A stretch of DNA of 64,000 nt from Lama glama (lineage: Eukaryota): assembly GCA_028534125.1 (NCBI GenBank), contig CM052817.1, positions 49,478,001 through 49,542,000 on the forward strand, read 5' to 3'. A model generated the notes under the pieces. It saw nothing but the letters and a program-made list of their open reading frames with translations, made no database searches and had not been told where the DNA came from. Below, in pieces: positions 27,746 through 39,068 of the stretch (its first letter is position 1; each line of letters begins with the position of its first letter). The position numbers were made by a program, and so were the translations under genes.

Positions 27746-27871
27746 AGAAGCTACAGGATAGGGGTCAAGTAGAATGAATACAAAGTAGTAGTATAAAAGC
27801 TGGTAAACCAAATTAGAGGCCTAACCTGGTGGTCAGCCCCTCTACTTACTTAGAAAAAGAGGCTCATTAGT

Positions 27872-28807
27872 CAGGGCTATCTACATAATTTGTGGATCCC
27901 AGTGCAAAATTAAAGTGCTGGACTCTGAAAAGCAATAAAAATGTGCTGTTAAAGGTACTAAAATATAAAACTTTTTCTTCTTTCACAGTCTTTTTCGACT
28001 TGTGATGGTATTTTTATTTGTTAATGAATGCTATTCTAAGTGAAAAAAATTAAAATTACTAGCATGAGCTTCGCTGTTCACCTTTATATTGTGATATATC
28101 AATTTCAAATGTAAATATAAAAGTGTTTAACTTTTATTTGGAATAATAAAAATATACAGCTGTATTTCACAGCTCATACATACATGTATTTTGGTTACCA
28201 GATCAATGGAAACACTACACAAGTCTAGATCACACTTTTTAAAAAACTTTTCTTGTTGATACTGGCACATTTTACCAATGCTCTCTACCTTCTGTTTATT
28301 TGACAAAGGACCAAAAGTTCCCTCTATGTCATTATTTTCAGCAGAAGCTACTGGCTAATGCAAAGAAGTAACAGGAGCAAGAAAGAATGTGCTAGGGTCC
28401 CTTGGTCATTTATGTTAATTAGAATGCCAACGCCTTCTTTGGCATTCAAAGCAAGCTCTGTTTCAAACAAAAACTGCCAGTGTCCTCTACTTACTTAATG
28501 GTAGGCATCACATACTCATTTTGTACTCACTTTGAGTTTGCTGAACATTGTGGGTCCACTGGAATTCTTAGTTCACAGGGTATTGTGAATGGTATAAGCA
28601 AATGGCGTGGCAAGAACCCATGGACACATTGTGTATTCCTCTGCTCATGCCATGCTCTATTATCCTATCAGGCTTCATTTCCAAGCACAAGTTATGAGAC
28701 AACAATTATTAAGAATTTCAAGACAGTAAGCATTAAACCCAGTGTAAGTTCATGAGTGCAGGACCCAGTGCAGACACACAAGTCACACATCCGTGAAGTC
28801 AGTCCTG
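27872..28807. mobile_element. MER45-like hAT-Tip100 DNA transposon with 8-bp TSD
   Basis: Termini cagggctatct…agtcagtcctg; flanks tcattagt (27864-27871) and tcagtagt (28808-28815) match at 7 of 8 positions. Confidence 0.75.
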
Positions 28808-28817
28808 TCAGTAGTAT

Positions 28818-29223
28818 TGTAAAATGCCAAAATTCAACCGAATAAATTTAAAGATCTAATTGGCTTTATTTAATGAGTCATGAATCAGGCAGCACCACAC
28901 CTTAGCAGATAGATAGGAGCTCTGAGTTGCTGTACAAAATGGAAGACATTTATAGACAGAAGGAGGTTGGGCAAGGAGGCTTTCTAGCAGAGTAGATTGT
29001 TTCAGGCAAGGGCACCTTCTTTTGCAAGTAGATTTGCAAATCTATCAGGCAGATTACTTCACTAGTGCTGACCAGGTAATGCCAGATTGACTGATGAGCG
29101 GTTACATTCTTGGGATAGATGGAAACCACAATTAGGCTACATATTAAGTCTTAATTGCTGATGTGGGGCTTAGAACAAGTGACTCTACTTGGGGTCCTTT
29201 ATTACTTTTTTTTTTTTTTACCA
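28818..29223 (-). mobile_element. Probable solo ERV LTR
   Basis: TG…CA termini; near-TSD gtat/gtag; tttatt (AATAAA on the minus strand) about 50 bp from the left end. Confidence 0.5.
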
Positions 29224-29743
29224 GTAGCAACATGAAAAGCCAGCATTTTCTCTAGGGAAAGCTTGAGATAGAGAACACATTATTGAAAAAGGAGATTAGT
29301 GGTGGTGTTTTTAAATATTTACTGAGAATAAATGGTCACTTCTTCCTTATTTTTGTCATTTTCCTCAAATATAGCCATAATGGAGAAAGTCAGAAGGAAG
29401 CCTCTCTAGAATACAGATTTTTTTTTTGTAAATCAGTACTATTAAATACTATAAGAAAAATTAACATTATTTTTTTTGCAGTTAGAACTCCCATCTTGCC
29501 ACGTTCAAAGGAAATAGGTTTGGTCATTGGAAATCTACTGAGTCATGAAATTTGAGTGCTTAGAGTTTGATGTAACTGTTGGTTTAGTATCTGGATAGGA
29601 TTAGGGCCTAACTGTTGAGAAATCAACAATCTAAGGAGTCATTGGCTAGTCAATTTCAGGGCAAACTGAATGGCAATTTGAGGGCAAATTGTCTTGCTAA
29701 AACTTGAGCAGAAAGAAGACCTGTAAAAGGATAACATTGTTTT

Positions 29744-30036
29744 AATTTTTAAATTTTTTTCTCCTTTCTTTGTTTTCTTTTTGTATATATATCTATTTAT
29801 TTATTTTTATTTTTTAAATCAAAGCATAGTTGATTTACACGTCAGTTAAATAGCAAAGTCATTCAGTTATACGTACATCTACATCTATTCTTTCTCAGAT
29901 TATTTTCATTATAGACTATTACAAGATATTGAATATAGTCCCCTATGCTAAACAGTAGGTCCTTGTTGTTCATCTGTTTTATATATAATAGTGTGTTATC
30001 TTTTAAGCCCAAATTTCTAATTTATCGCTCCCCTCC
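29744..30036 (-). mobile_element. 5'-truncated LINE-1 3' UTR stub with 13-bp TSD (1 mismatch)
   Basis: ataacattgtttt at 29731-29743 versus ataacactgtttt at 30037-30049; homologous to the stub at 8199-8433. Confidence 0.8.
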
Positions 30037-30571
30037 ATAACACTGTTTTTAATAACATAGGAGTGAGGACTAATTTAGGGGCACACCACTTAGATATGTT
30101 ATACAAATGGAACTATGTCTATGAGTTTAGTAAAAAAAAAATCTGAAATAATGGTCAATAAAAATATCACTGTATTTGGGGGATCAGCACTATAGAGTGG
30201 CACTGCCCGCAGAGAGGCTGTGGAACATCTGCACCTGCTGTAACGCTCAGGTTCCTGCCTCTCAGCACAGAGCTGCCAAATTGGAATTACCGGGGAGGAG
30301 CAGGCGTTTACAGCAACGACACTCTCTAGGTGACTTTCAGTCACACTTAAGTTTAGGAAACATTGTTCAAACCTCCCTTCTCCTCAAGGCAGTGAACATA
30401 CTAAGTCTATGATAAACTACCTGTGTTCCTTGTTTGTTTGTTTGTTTTTTAAACAATCTAGAGCTATTATCTTATAATGGAATTGAGCAACCTTTAGTTG
30501 TTGAAGTATTCAGAGGCATTATGTAATTCTGATACGCTGACCCTGTTCTATTCACCATTTCTGTGTTTCAG

Positions 30572-30610
30572 AAATCAACAAGACAGAAACAGACGACTTT
30601 CTGAGCAATT
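30572..30610 (+). CDS. TMPRSS11E: TMPRSS11E-type exon 6: linker (KINKTETDDFLSN)
   Basis: Acceptor gtttcag, donor gtaagt, 39 bp; matches DESC1 KINKTETD. Confidence 0.95.
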
Positions 30611-31823
30611 GTAAGTTTAATACATTATTTATTAAAGTTGCATTACCTGAATGTAAAAAGTTAACTCTAGATTATTTAGGCTTACTTTGTTGGTATTATA
30701 GGGTCAGAATAAAGTTTGATCTGTACACATCTATGGTGTTTTATCTTATATTTGAGGCACATTTTATTGCAAAAGGATAAAAATTGGGAGGGCTTTGGAA
30801 CAGATGTGTGGAGCCAGTGGCAGATGTGTAGTGGAAGTGAGTTGTGCAGTTTTTCAAGAAAAGGCAAAAAAATTCTTACTGTTTTGATTGCAGATATCTA
30901 CAATATACCCTCATGAAAGTTTTCTAAAGATTATATAAAAGTGGTCTGTATGTTGATATTTTTTCAGCTAGAGAGAGAAGCAGTGTTACTGTACACTAAA
31001 TAAAATCTTGATAATATTAATTCCATATTATAAAAATTGAAGACAATTATGAGATTGGGGTATATATTGATGAAATTACTGAAGGTCCAGATAATACCTT
31101 CACCCATATTTTAAAAGTGCCGACTCTAGGCCTAGTGTTTCCCTTCCTCTATAGCATAGTACCCTACCCTGATTTAGAGAATACATTTCATAGTCAACAG
31201 AATTAGCGCACAATACATTTATCTTGAAAGTTGGAAGGAAATGTGCTACTCACCAGCTCAGAATGTTGGTTAGTTCACAAACCTAACTAAACATAAAACC
31301 AAAGGATGATCTCATTACCCAAACAGCATATATTTTTGCCACCATTATTTATTGGAAACCTGCTATGTGCCAGTGCTGTGTTAGGCAACAAGAATATAAT
31401 ATATATGTGTATATATTCTAGTACTAATATGTTAGTATCATAAGCATATATATAATATATTACTAATATATATCAGTAGAAATATATAAATGGAGATATA
31501 TGTACATATGTATATACACACACATAGAAAGAAAGAGTATTACTATTTTTATTATTATTCTGTAAGAATCAAGAAAGTTGTAACTAGTCCAGTTTGGAGG
31601 CAGGGGAATTATTAGAGAAGGCATTCTAGAGGAAGTAATGACTGATTTAACTCTTACAAAATGAATAGGAGTTAAATATGAAACACTACAATTTAAGGAA
31701 AGGTAAGAGTAGGAAAAAATGTTTGATACTACTGGAATACAAAGTATAAGAAATTTGAGACATAATGACACAATTTGATACTTAAAAGCGACTGCTAACT
31801 AATGCAACATCTGTCTTTGGCAG

Positions 31824-32001
31824 GCTGTGGGACACGAAGGAACAAAACTGCAAAATATAGGGTCATGGTTGTTGGTGGGACAGAGGCACAAGAGGATGAA
31901 TGGCCATGGCAGGCTAGTCTGCGATGGGATGGGAGACATCGCTGTGGAGCAACTTTAATTAATGGCACATGGCTTGTGAGTGCTGCCCACTGCTTTAGAA
32001 G
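31824..32001 (+). CDS. TMPRSS11E: TMPRSS11E-type exon 7: activation segment and protease N-terminus with His57 ([60 protein letters not shown])
   Basis: Acceptor ttggcag, donor gtaact, 178 bp; WPWQASL and SAAHC motifs; His57 codon at 31988-31990. Confidence 0.98.
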
Positions 32002-32533
32002 GTAACTCCTGATCCATGAGAATGACTGAGGGTCAGCAAAGGATTGTGGGCTTGGCAGGAAGGAAATACCTCATGAGAGACGAGTTCAATATAAATTAAA
32101 GATAATACATACATCACAAAGAGAGCGGGGAACTCATAAACCTTAGTAAGAGGTTTTACAGTCTGGCAATGGAAGTGACATCAAAGAACATGTAGATAAA
32201 TTATCCATTGACAACCACACAACAGTTGGTCAAAAGAAGAAGGAATTTTAAAGTCATCTTTGGATTTGGAGCTTGGTGTCAAAGAGAAGAGCTGTATATC
32301 TCTGCTGCATATCTATCAGCAATGGAGGCCAGGTAGATTATAGGTTTGACACCAATGGGGAAATTCCACATGGTAAGAAAAAACTTAAATATGAAAAAAA
32401 TTATGCAACTGAATAAGCTGACTAGTTATATTTCAAGGAATTTCAATTCAATCTTCCAATCCAGTGCAAAATGTCTACAGTACACAGGATAAGTAATGCT
32501 TTGTTAAATTATTGTGCACCATTTTTGATTTTT

Positions 32534-32621
32534 TTTTTAAATGAAGGTACTAGGGATTGAACCCAGGACCTTGTGCATGCTAAGCATGTCCCCTGACACT
32601 GAGCTATACCCTTGCCTCCAG
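32534..32621 (-). mobile_element. tRNA-derived SINE (camelid Vic-1-like, short form) with 14-bp TSD
   Basis: gggattgaacccaggacc…ctgagctatacc is the reverse complement of the B and A boxes; TSD catttttgattttt at 32520-32533 and 32622-32635. Confidence 0.88.
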
Positions 32622-33009
32622 CATTTTTGATTTTTAGAGAATTGTGTATGTTCATAGATAGGCAACATGGTGCACATAGAGTAAGACATTCTGTTCTCTC
32701 ATTCTGTCCAGGATATGCTCTCCAAATGCCCCTTGGAGACACTGATGCCCAGCAATGTCAAACATCCCTAGGATCTAGAGTGGGTGACTCAACATGCAGA
32801 GAGGCATGCATAGCCTGAGAAACATGCCACTATGGTATTTCTACAAGATCTGTCCTCCGAACCTTAGCTTGGAATTTGTTTCTATATATAGAAACTATAA
32901 TTTAAAAAATAAAACTTATATTGACACCTGTCCACTGAATTATTTAATATAAATGGTTATACTGATAACATGTACAAAGTGAAATTTGTTCCTTATACAT
33001 TCTCCTCAG

Positions 33010-33269
33010 GTATAAGGACCCAGCCAGATGGACTGCTTCCTTTGGAGTAACCTTAATGCCTCCGAAAATAGAACGAGGCCTCCGGAGGATAATTGTCCAC
33101 GAAAATTACAAATACCCGTCACACGACTATGATATTTCGGTTGCAGAGCTTTCTAGCCCCGTTCCTTACACAAATGCAGTACACAGAATTTGTCTCCCTG
33201 ATGCATCCTATGAATTCCACCCTGATAATGTGATGTTCGTGACAGGATTTGGAGCACTGCGAAATGAAA
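33010..33269 (+). CDS. TMPRSS11E: TMPRSS11E-type exon 8: protease domain with Asp102 ([12 protein letters not shown]…[10 protein letters not shown]…[10 protein letters not shown])
   Basis: Acceptor ctcctcag, donor gtgagc, 260 bp; Asp102 codon at 33131-33133; overlaps ORF 33056..33307. Confidence 0.98.
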
Positions 33270-33865
33270 GTGAGCATCTGGGAGAAAGTCAAGTCATAGT
33301 TATCTAATTCGGTATTCTAATGCATTTAAAGAATGGAATGTCATTATGCCGAAATATGTTGATGGTTGGTCATGTGGACGTGGGCCAAGCCAGGCTCTAC
33401 TTGTGAACCAAGTCATTTAGAAGACACGTAAATTCCTTCATGCCTTAGGTTACTACCAAGTTCATCACTACTACTATAGTCATGGTGTTTGGTAAGGTGT
33501 TTGAAAGAGTTAATATGTCTGAAATTTGTATTAGGGAATTAACTACATCAGAGATTAGGGATCATTAACACACATACCCAATTGTGAGGATCAGAGATTC
33601 ATAAAGCCACCATTCTCACCTACTGAAATTACCTTCTAAGCCCAACAATGGAATAAAAATTACTTTAACAACTTGAGGTCCTTTCCTAGGCACCTAACTT
33701 TTCATTTAAAATAGAAAAAAATTTTCACAAATATTACTGTATCTGACAAAATACATATCCTAAGATTCTGTGCCACCATCTTATCCAGTAGTTATAAAAG
33801 ATTTTCTTCAGGTTTACAGAATATATGTATATCTATTAATATAAAGTCTATTTTTTCCCCTTTAG

Positions 33866-34008
33866 ATATCAGTCAAAATTGTCTTCAGCAAGTACAAGTG
33901 GATTTCATTGACACTGAAACCTGTAACCAACCACAAATTTACAATAATACCATAACTCCTAGAATGTTATGTGCTGGCTCCTTGAAGGGAAATAGAGATG
34001 CATGCCTC
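33866..34008 (+). CDS. TMPRSS11E: TMPRSS11E-type exon 9: protease domain with Asp189 ([48 protein letters not shown])
   Basis: Acceptor ccctttag, donor gtaagt, 143 bp; MLCAG and DAC motifs; Asp189 codon at 33997-33999. Confidence 0.97.
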
Positions 34009-34039
34009 GTAAGTGGTTTGCTGCATAAGTTTTTGTTCA

Positions 34040-35510
34040 CCTTTTACTTTAAAATAATTATAGCTTTACAGGAAGTTGCAAAGATAGTATAGAGAGGCCC
34101 TTCAATCAGTTTTTCCCAATGGTTATATCTCACATAACTATAGCACAATGTAAAGGCTAGGAAATGAACCTTGGTACAATGTGTGCTTCTAGGTTTTGGG
34201 TTGTTTTTTTTTTTAACACATGTGCAGATTTGTGTAATCATCACTGCAGTTGAGAACTCTTCTATCAGCACAGAGGTTTCCCTTTATAATAACATTCACT
34301 CTCCTCACCCACCACTTCACCATCACTAACACCTGAGAATCACTAATATGTTCTTCATCTCTATACTTTTGTAATTTTGAGAGTGTCATGTAAACAGAAC
34401 CATACAGTAACCTTTTTTTTTTCAAGAATTCCATTTTGATTTAGCTATTTGTGTTTTTGACCTACAAAAGATTCTCTCTGTAGAAAAATTGTGTGGTTCC
34501 TCTTAGCTAAATACACATAACTTATCAACAGTCTACTGGTGTTGGAATTTTACTAGTTTGAGTGGAGTTTAGAATAGAAAACTTACCTCCCCTTAAGGCT
34601 CTTTACCCTTCCTCATTATAATATTGAATATTAATAAATACAAATACTAAATAGTTCTCCTTTATATATTGAGAGCCACAGCAGACAATGTTTTTGATTC
34701 AAGTGCCAAACATAACTTAGAAAACTCAAGAGGAGAAGGGAAGTCTGTTCTTTCTTTCCTTCTGGTTTTCTAAGGTTCTTCCTTTATCATTTCTTTTCTG
34801 TTTCAGAACTTCCTTTAGCCATTCTCTTGATGTAGATCTGCTGGTGAAAAATTTCCTTAGATCTTTTTTTTCTTCATTTTCAAAATTTTTTATTTCTTAT
34901 GCAATTCTAAAGTGTGATTTTTGCCAGATATAGAATTTAAGATTGACAGTTCTTTTTTTTTCAGCACTTAAATCATGCCCTCTGGGATTTCTGATGAGGA
35001 TTCCCCTGTTAGAATTGTTTTCCCTTTATAGGTGAGGTGTCATTTCTCCCTGTGTTCAAGAATTTTTCTCTGTCTTTAGTTTTCAGAAGTTTGATTATGT
35101 ATCTTAGCATGGCTTTCTCTGGGCTATCCTGTTTAGAGTTTGCTCAGCTTTTCAATCTGCAGGTTTACGTCCTTTGATAAATTTGGGAGATTTTCAGCCA
35201 TTTTTTTTCTTTGAATACTTTTTCAGCCCTATATGTTTTTGTCTCTTTCTGGGACTCTAATGATAGGAATGTTACCTCTTTTGTTATACTCTCAGAGGTC
35301 CCTGAGTTCTTGTTCATTTTTTCTTTTCTGTTCTGCTTTTCCTCTGTTGTTCAAACTGAGAAATTTCTATCATTCTATCTTTAAGTTTACTGATTTTTTT
35401 TCCTTCTGTCATCTTCATTCTTCTCTAAGCACATATAGCGAAGTTTTCTTTTGATTATTATATCTTTCAGTTCTGAGACTTTCATTTGATCCTTTATATA
35501 TGGTATTTCT
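34040..35510 (-). mobile_element. Old L1M fragments in intron 9
   Basis: T-rich antisense L1 motifs (cactaatatgttcttcatctctata, tttagttttcagaagtttgattatg, aaatttgggagattttcagccatt); boundaries approximate. Confidence 0.7.
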
Positions 35511-38183
35511 TTGCTGAAACTTCTTATTTTTTCATTTTTTTCAAACATGATGGTACATGTGGCTACCTCCTCCTAAAATATGATCTTTCTTTGGGTTCTA
35601 TGATCCTGAAATATGCTGACTTCCTAATCTCCCTCCTTCTTCAATCACTCTTTTCTGGTTACTTATTATGGTTTCTCTTTCTCTCCCTCTCTCTAAGTTT
35701 GGCTATTCCTAAGGAATCTTTTCATTTTTTTTTTCTGCTGTCTATATACTCACTCAAAGAAATTATCTTTTCTTTTCTTTAAATCAGATGTCACTTTAGT
35801 GACTTCCAAACCTGTATTTCCAAAATCAACCTCTTGCCCAAATTCAGTCTCACATTTCCACCCACTTCAAAACCATTTCCATTTATATATTTTAAATTGT
35901 TAGTATAAGACTAAAATGTGTGTATGTGCCATCTTAAACTCAACAGGCATCATGAACTGTTACCTGTTTTTTCATTTTCAACTTTCTCATTTGTGTTGTT
36001 GGATCTTATTATGCTTGGAATCTTCTTTTACTCTTAAATCTCCTTCACGTGTAATCAAGTAAGTTATAGAATATTTTTCCCCTTTACCATTTCTTCCAAA
36101 TTTATCTCTTTGTCTCCATTCTTTCTGTTAACATCCTCATCTAGTCCATCATTACTTCATATTTTGATCACCTTAATTGCTTCCCGGTTTGACTTTCTTT
36201 TTCTCGTTTTAAAAGTTTCTGTTGTGGTATATATATATTCTTGAATAAACTTCTTGTTCTGTTTCTCACTAAACCGCTCGCTAAAAATAACTGGATTTAT
36301 GAGAAAAATAGGGTTAGATACAGACCAAAAGCCCCCTCAAAGGCTGTGCAATTTTGTAAGCAGAGAATTAACAACAACAATTAACTGGACCTTGAAAAGC
36401 AACGTGGACAGTGTAGGTAGGCAGAATGCCCGGGGTGACTGGTGGCTGACTTAGAGGAAGTTAAAAATGCACAGAAACAACAGAGTAGAAATACCAGCTT
36501 GCAGAGGCTTAGACAATGCCCATGGGAATGTAGCTTCAGTAGAGGAGGAAGTGTAACCTGCCAGGACCCAAGAATTAAGCAAGTCTGGGGTGTGTCTCTC
36601 TGGGCAGGGAGAAGGTTCCCAGGCACAGGGATTCTTTTAACATTTTCTTAAAATAAAGCCTCAAAGGCTTCTGCCTGTGCAGTAGTGGAGCTGAGACCTT
36701 TTCCTTTTTTTTCCTGAAGATTGTAATTCTACTCCCATTATTCTGTCCTTTACTAAAACAAAACACGTGTAAGTCATCGCAACGTCCATACTCCCCTTTT
36801 CCTTTTTCCTCGAGTGTGAGCTAACTAGTGTTAGCAGAGCAGATTACATCTTTCTCTATTTGATACTTGCTGGATGTCACCTTATTTTCCAGCTTGTAAG
36901 GCTGTTAGACACACTGCTGTCTTTTTTTCTCTAATTACTTTATTCTCAGACTCATTTGCTCCTGTCTCTTAAACAGATTTAAGCTTTGCTGTCTCTGGCA
37001 TCTTCTATTTCTTTTTCCTAATCTGCTCTGTCTTCACAGAGGCCTGGGTTGCAATGATCAAACTGGTTTGTTTTCAAATAGCTTCTTATGGTACATCTTA
37101 CGCCTATAAGCAGATTGTACACTCCTTGAGGGAAGGGCACATGTGTTTATACTTTTTTACGTCTCCCACCACATATGAGAGTGTAAGTAAGTACTTATCA
37201 GTAAACTGATTTAAAAACTACAAACACAGTATTTAAAATTAAGTTAGTATTAGAATTAGTTAATATTTTTATGTGGACAAAAGAAAATTCACAAGGAAGT
37301 TAGTATCATGTAGGGGAAGAAAGCATTTGCTTCTGAATTAGATCACTCTGGATCCATTCTGCCACCGAATAGCATGTGACATCAGGCAAATTGCTTAATT
37401 TCCACTAGTTTCAGTTTCCCTGTGGCTAAATTGGAGAAAATGAGCCCTACCTCCATGTTTGGTTGCCGGAATTACATGAGTTAATGAGGTAATATATCAA
37501 TTAATCAAGAGCTTCATGGGGTGTTGACGGGTGGTCAGTGAATAGAGACTCCAGGATTTTTCAGAAAGATCATCCAGTACCTTGTTTTTATGACTTGTAT
37601 AAAGAAACAGCCCTCTGGAGTTTGCAAGACATAAACAATTGTGTGGAATTTGTGATTTTATATACATATTTACTAAGTTCTGTTTTGTGCCAGGCTCCAT
37701 GCTAAGCACATTACATACACTGTCTTCCGTAATCTTCAAAATTGTCCTTGGAGGTAGGTATTATTAGAAGCATCACAAAGAAGTAAATTAAAGGTCTTAG
37801 CTTGGAAGGGCCAGACTTGAGATTTAAACCCAGGTGTCTGACTTTAATGTCCATGCTTTTCATCGGTAATAAACCCTTCACCTTTCTTTTGGGAACTGTG
37901 TCACACTCATAAAGAAAACGGACAGTTGTTTTGACGGATGTATCAGATAAGTACCATTCTGCAAAGAGATGGAGCCTTTAATCTCAGTGTTCTGAACCCT
38001 GAGTCTAAGCCAGTTCTCCAGGTAGGGGAGCTCCTCCTTACCGTGAGTCACTGGCATAGGTAGAGAGGAGCACATAGAGGACTTTTGAAAATCGCCCTTT
38101 TCATTAAACTCAAATTAGAAAAGTAGTAGATTTCTCTGTAACGAACTAAATTATTAATGACTACGTTCTCCCTTTTCCTTTAG

Positions 38184-38345
38184 GGTGATTCCGGAGGACC
38201 ACTGGTTACTCCAGATGCTAGAGATACCTGGTACCTTGCTGGAATAGTGAGCTGGGGCGATGGTTGCGGGGCACCCAATAAGCCCAGCGTTTATACTAGA
38301 GTGACTGCTTTCCGGGGCTGGATCGCTTCCAAAACCGGCGTCTAG
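38184..38345 (+). CDS. TMPRSS11E: TMPRSS11E-type exon 10: Ser195 and C-terminus ([53 protein letters not shown])
   Basis: Acceptor tcctttag; GDSGGP with Ser195 at 38190-38192; TAG at 38343-38345. The ten exons sum to 1263 nt (420 aa plus stop). Confidence 0.98.
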   Translation, partial: GDSGGPLVTPDARDTWYLAGIVSWGDGCGAPNKPSVYTRVTAFRGWIASKTGV

Positions 38346-39062
38346 GAGAGAAAAACCCAGTAGAGTAGAACACATTTTTATATACAGTCCATTCTTAAAG
38401 ATACAGAATTGCAGAAGAAGCCTTGCAGACCACCTACATTTGTCTGATCGAACTGAACTGTCTGCTTGTATGTGCATATATTTCCTTCCTAACTTCTGCC
38501 AGATGGATTCCGTCCCAACTTGCATTCACTTGTTCTCTAGAAGTTTACTGTCATCAGATTTTAGCTTGTTAACATCAATTTCTCATGCACGTACACAATT
38601 TGAAGTGATCCCTTCCTTCATTTCCTCAGCTTCTCTCATATCAGTAAATTTCCACTTTCAAGGTGTAGGACAGAGACTGAAAGGAAATATGAAAAGGAAA
38701 GAACTACATTTTTCATGTGTAGAAAAGCATTAGTTTCTTTTTCTTTATGGAATGAGGAAAACGATCATAATCATTACGAAAGGTCAAGCAAACAGACAAC
38801 AGAATACCAAATACTTCTTGATGGAAAAAGAATGGGAACTAAGTTAAGGAACTAAAGAGAAACCAAGATACAGCTTTATTTTCATTTCCAGCAAACAACT
38901 ACAGAGATAAATGTGGGGAAGATTCTGCTTTCTTGTGGCCAACGCTAAGTATACAAACTCTATATAATGGGCTTATTCTAAGTTCTAGCAAATAATAATT
39001 ATTTAACATTGCACTACTAAGAATATCAATATTTAATAATAATAAGAAGAAATAATCATAAT

Positions 39063-39068
39063 AATAAA
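39063..39068 (+). terminator. Candidate polyadenylation signal AATAAA of the TMPRSS11E-type gene (3' UTR about 0.75 kb)
   Basis: First AATAAA I found after the stop codon, followed by T-rich sequence. A second one lies near 39387. Confidence 0.5.

Noticed and set aside
31862..31868. The P1 Met codon has a good Kozak context (gtcATGg) and could start a pre-activated protease
   Set aside because: No evidence of an internal promoter; the product would lack a signal anchor and could not form its disulfides in the cytosol.
4906..38345. Calling the E-type gene a pseudogene
   Set aside because: No frameshift, premature stop or broken splice site across ten exons, and the triad is intact. Relaxed selection cannot be excluded, though.
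38154..38525. 123-aa minus-strand ORF
   Set aside because: It is the antisense shadow of exon 10 and the 3' UTR, with no recognisable protein features.
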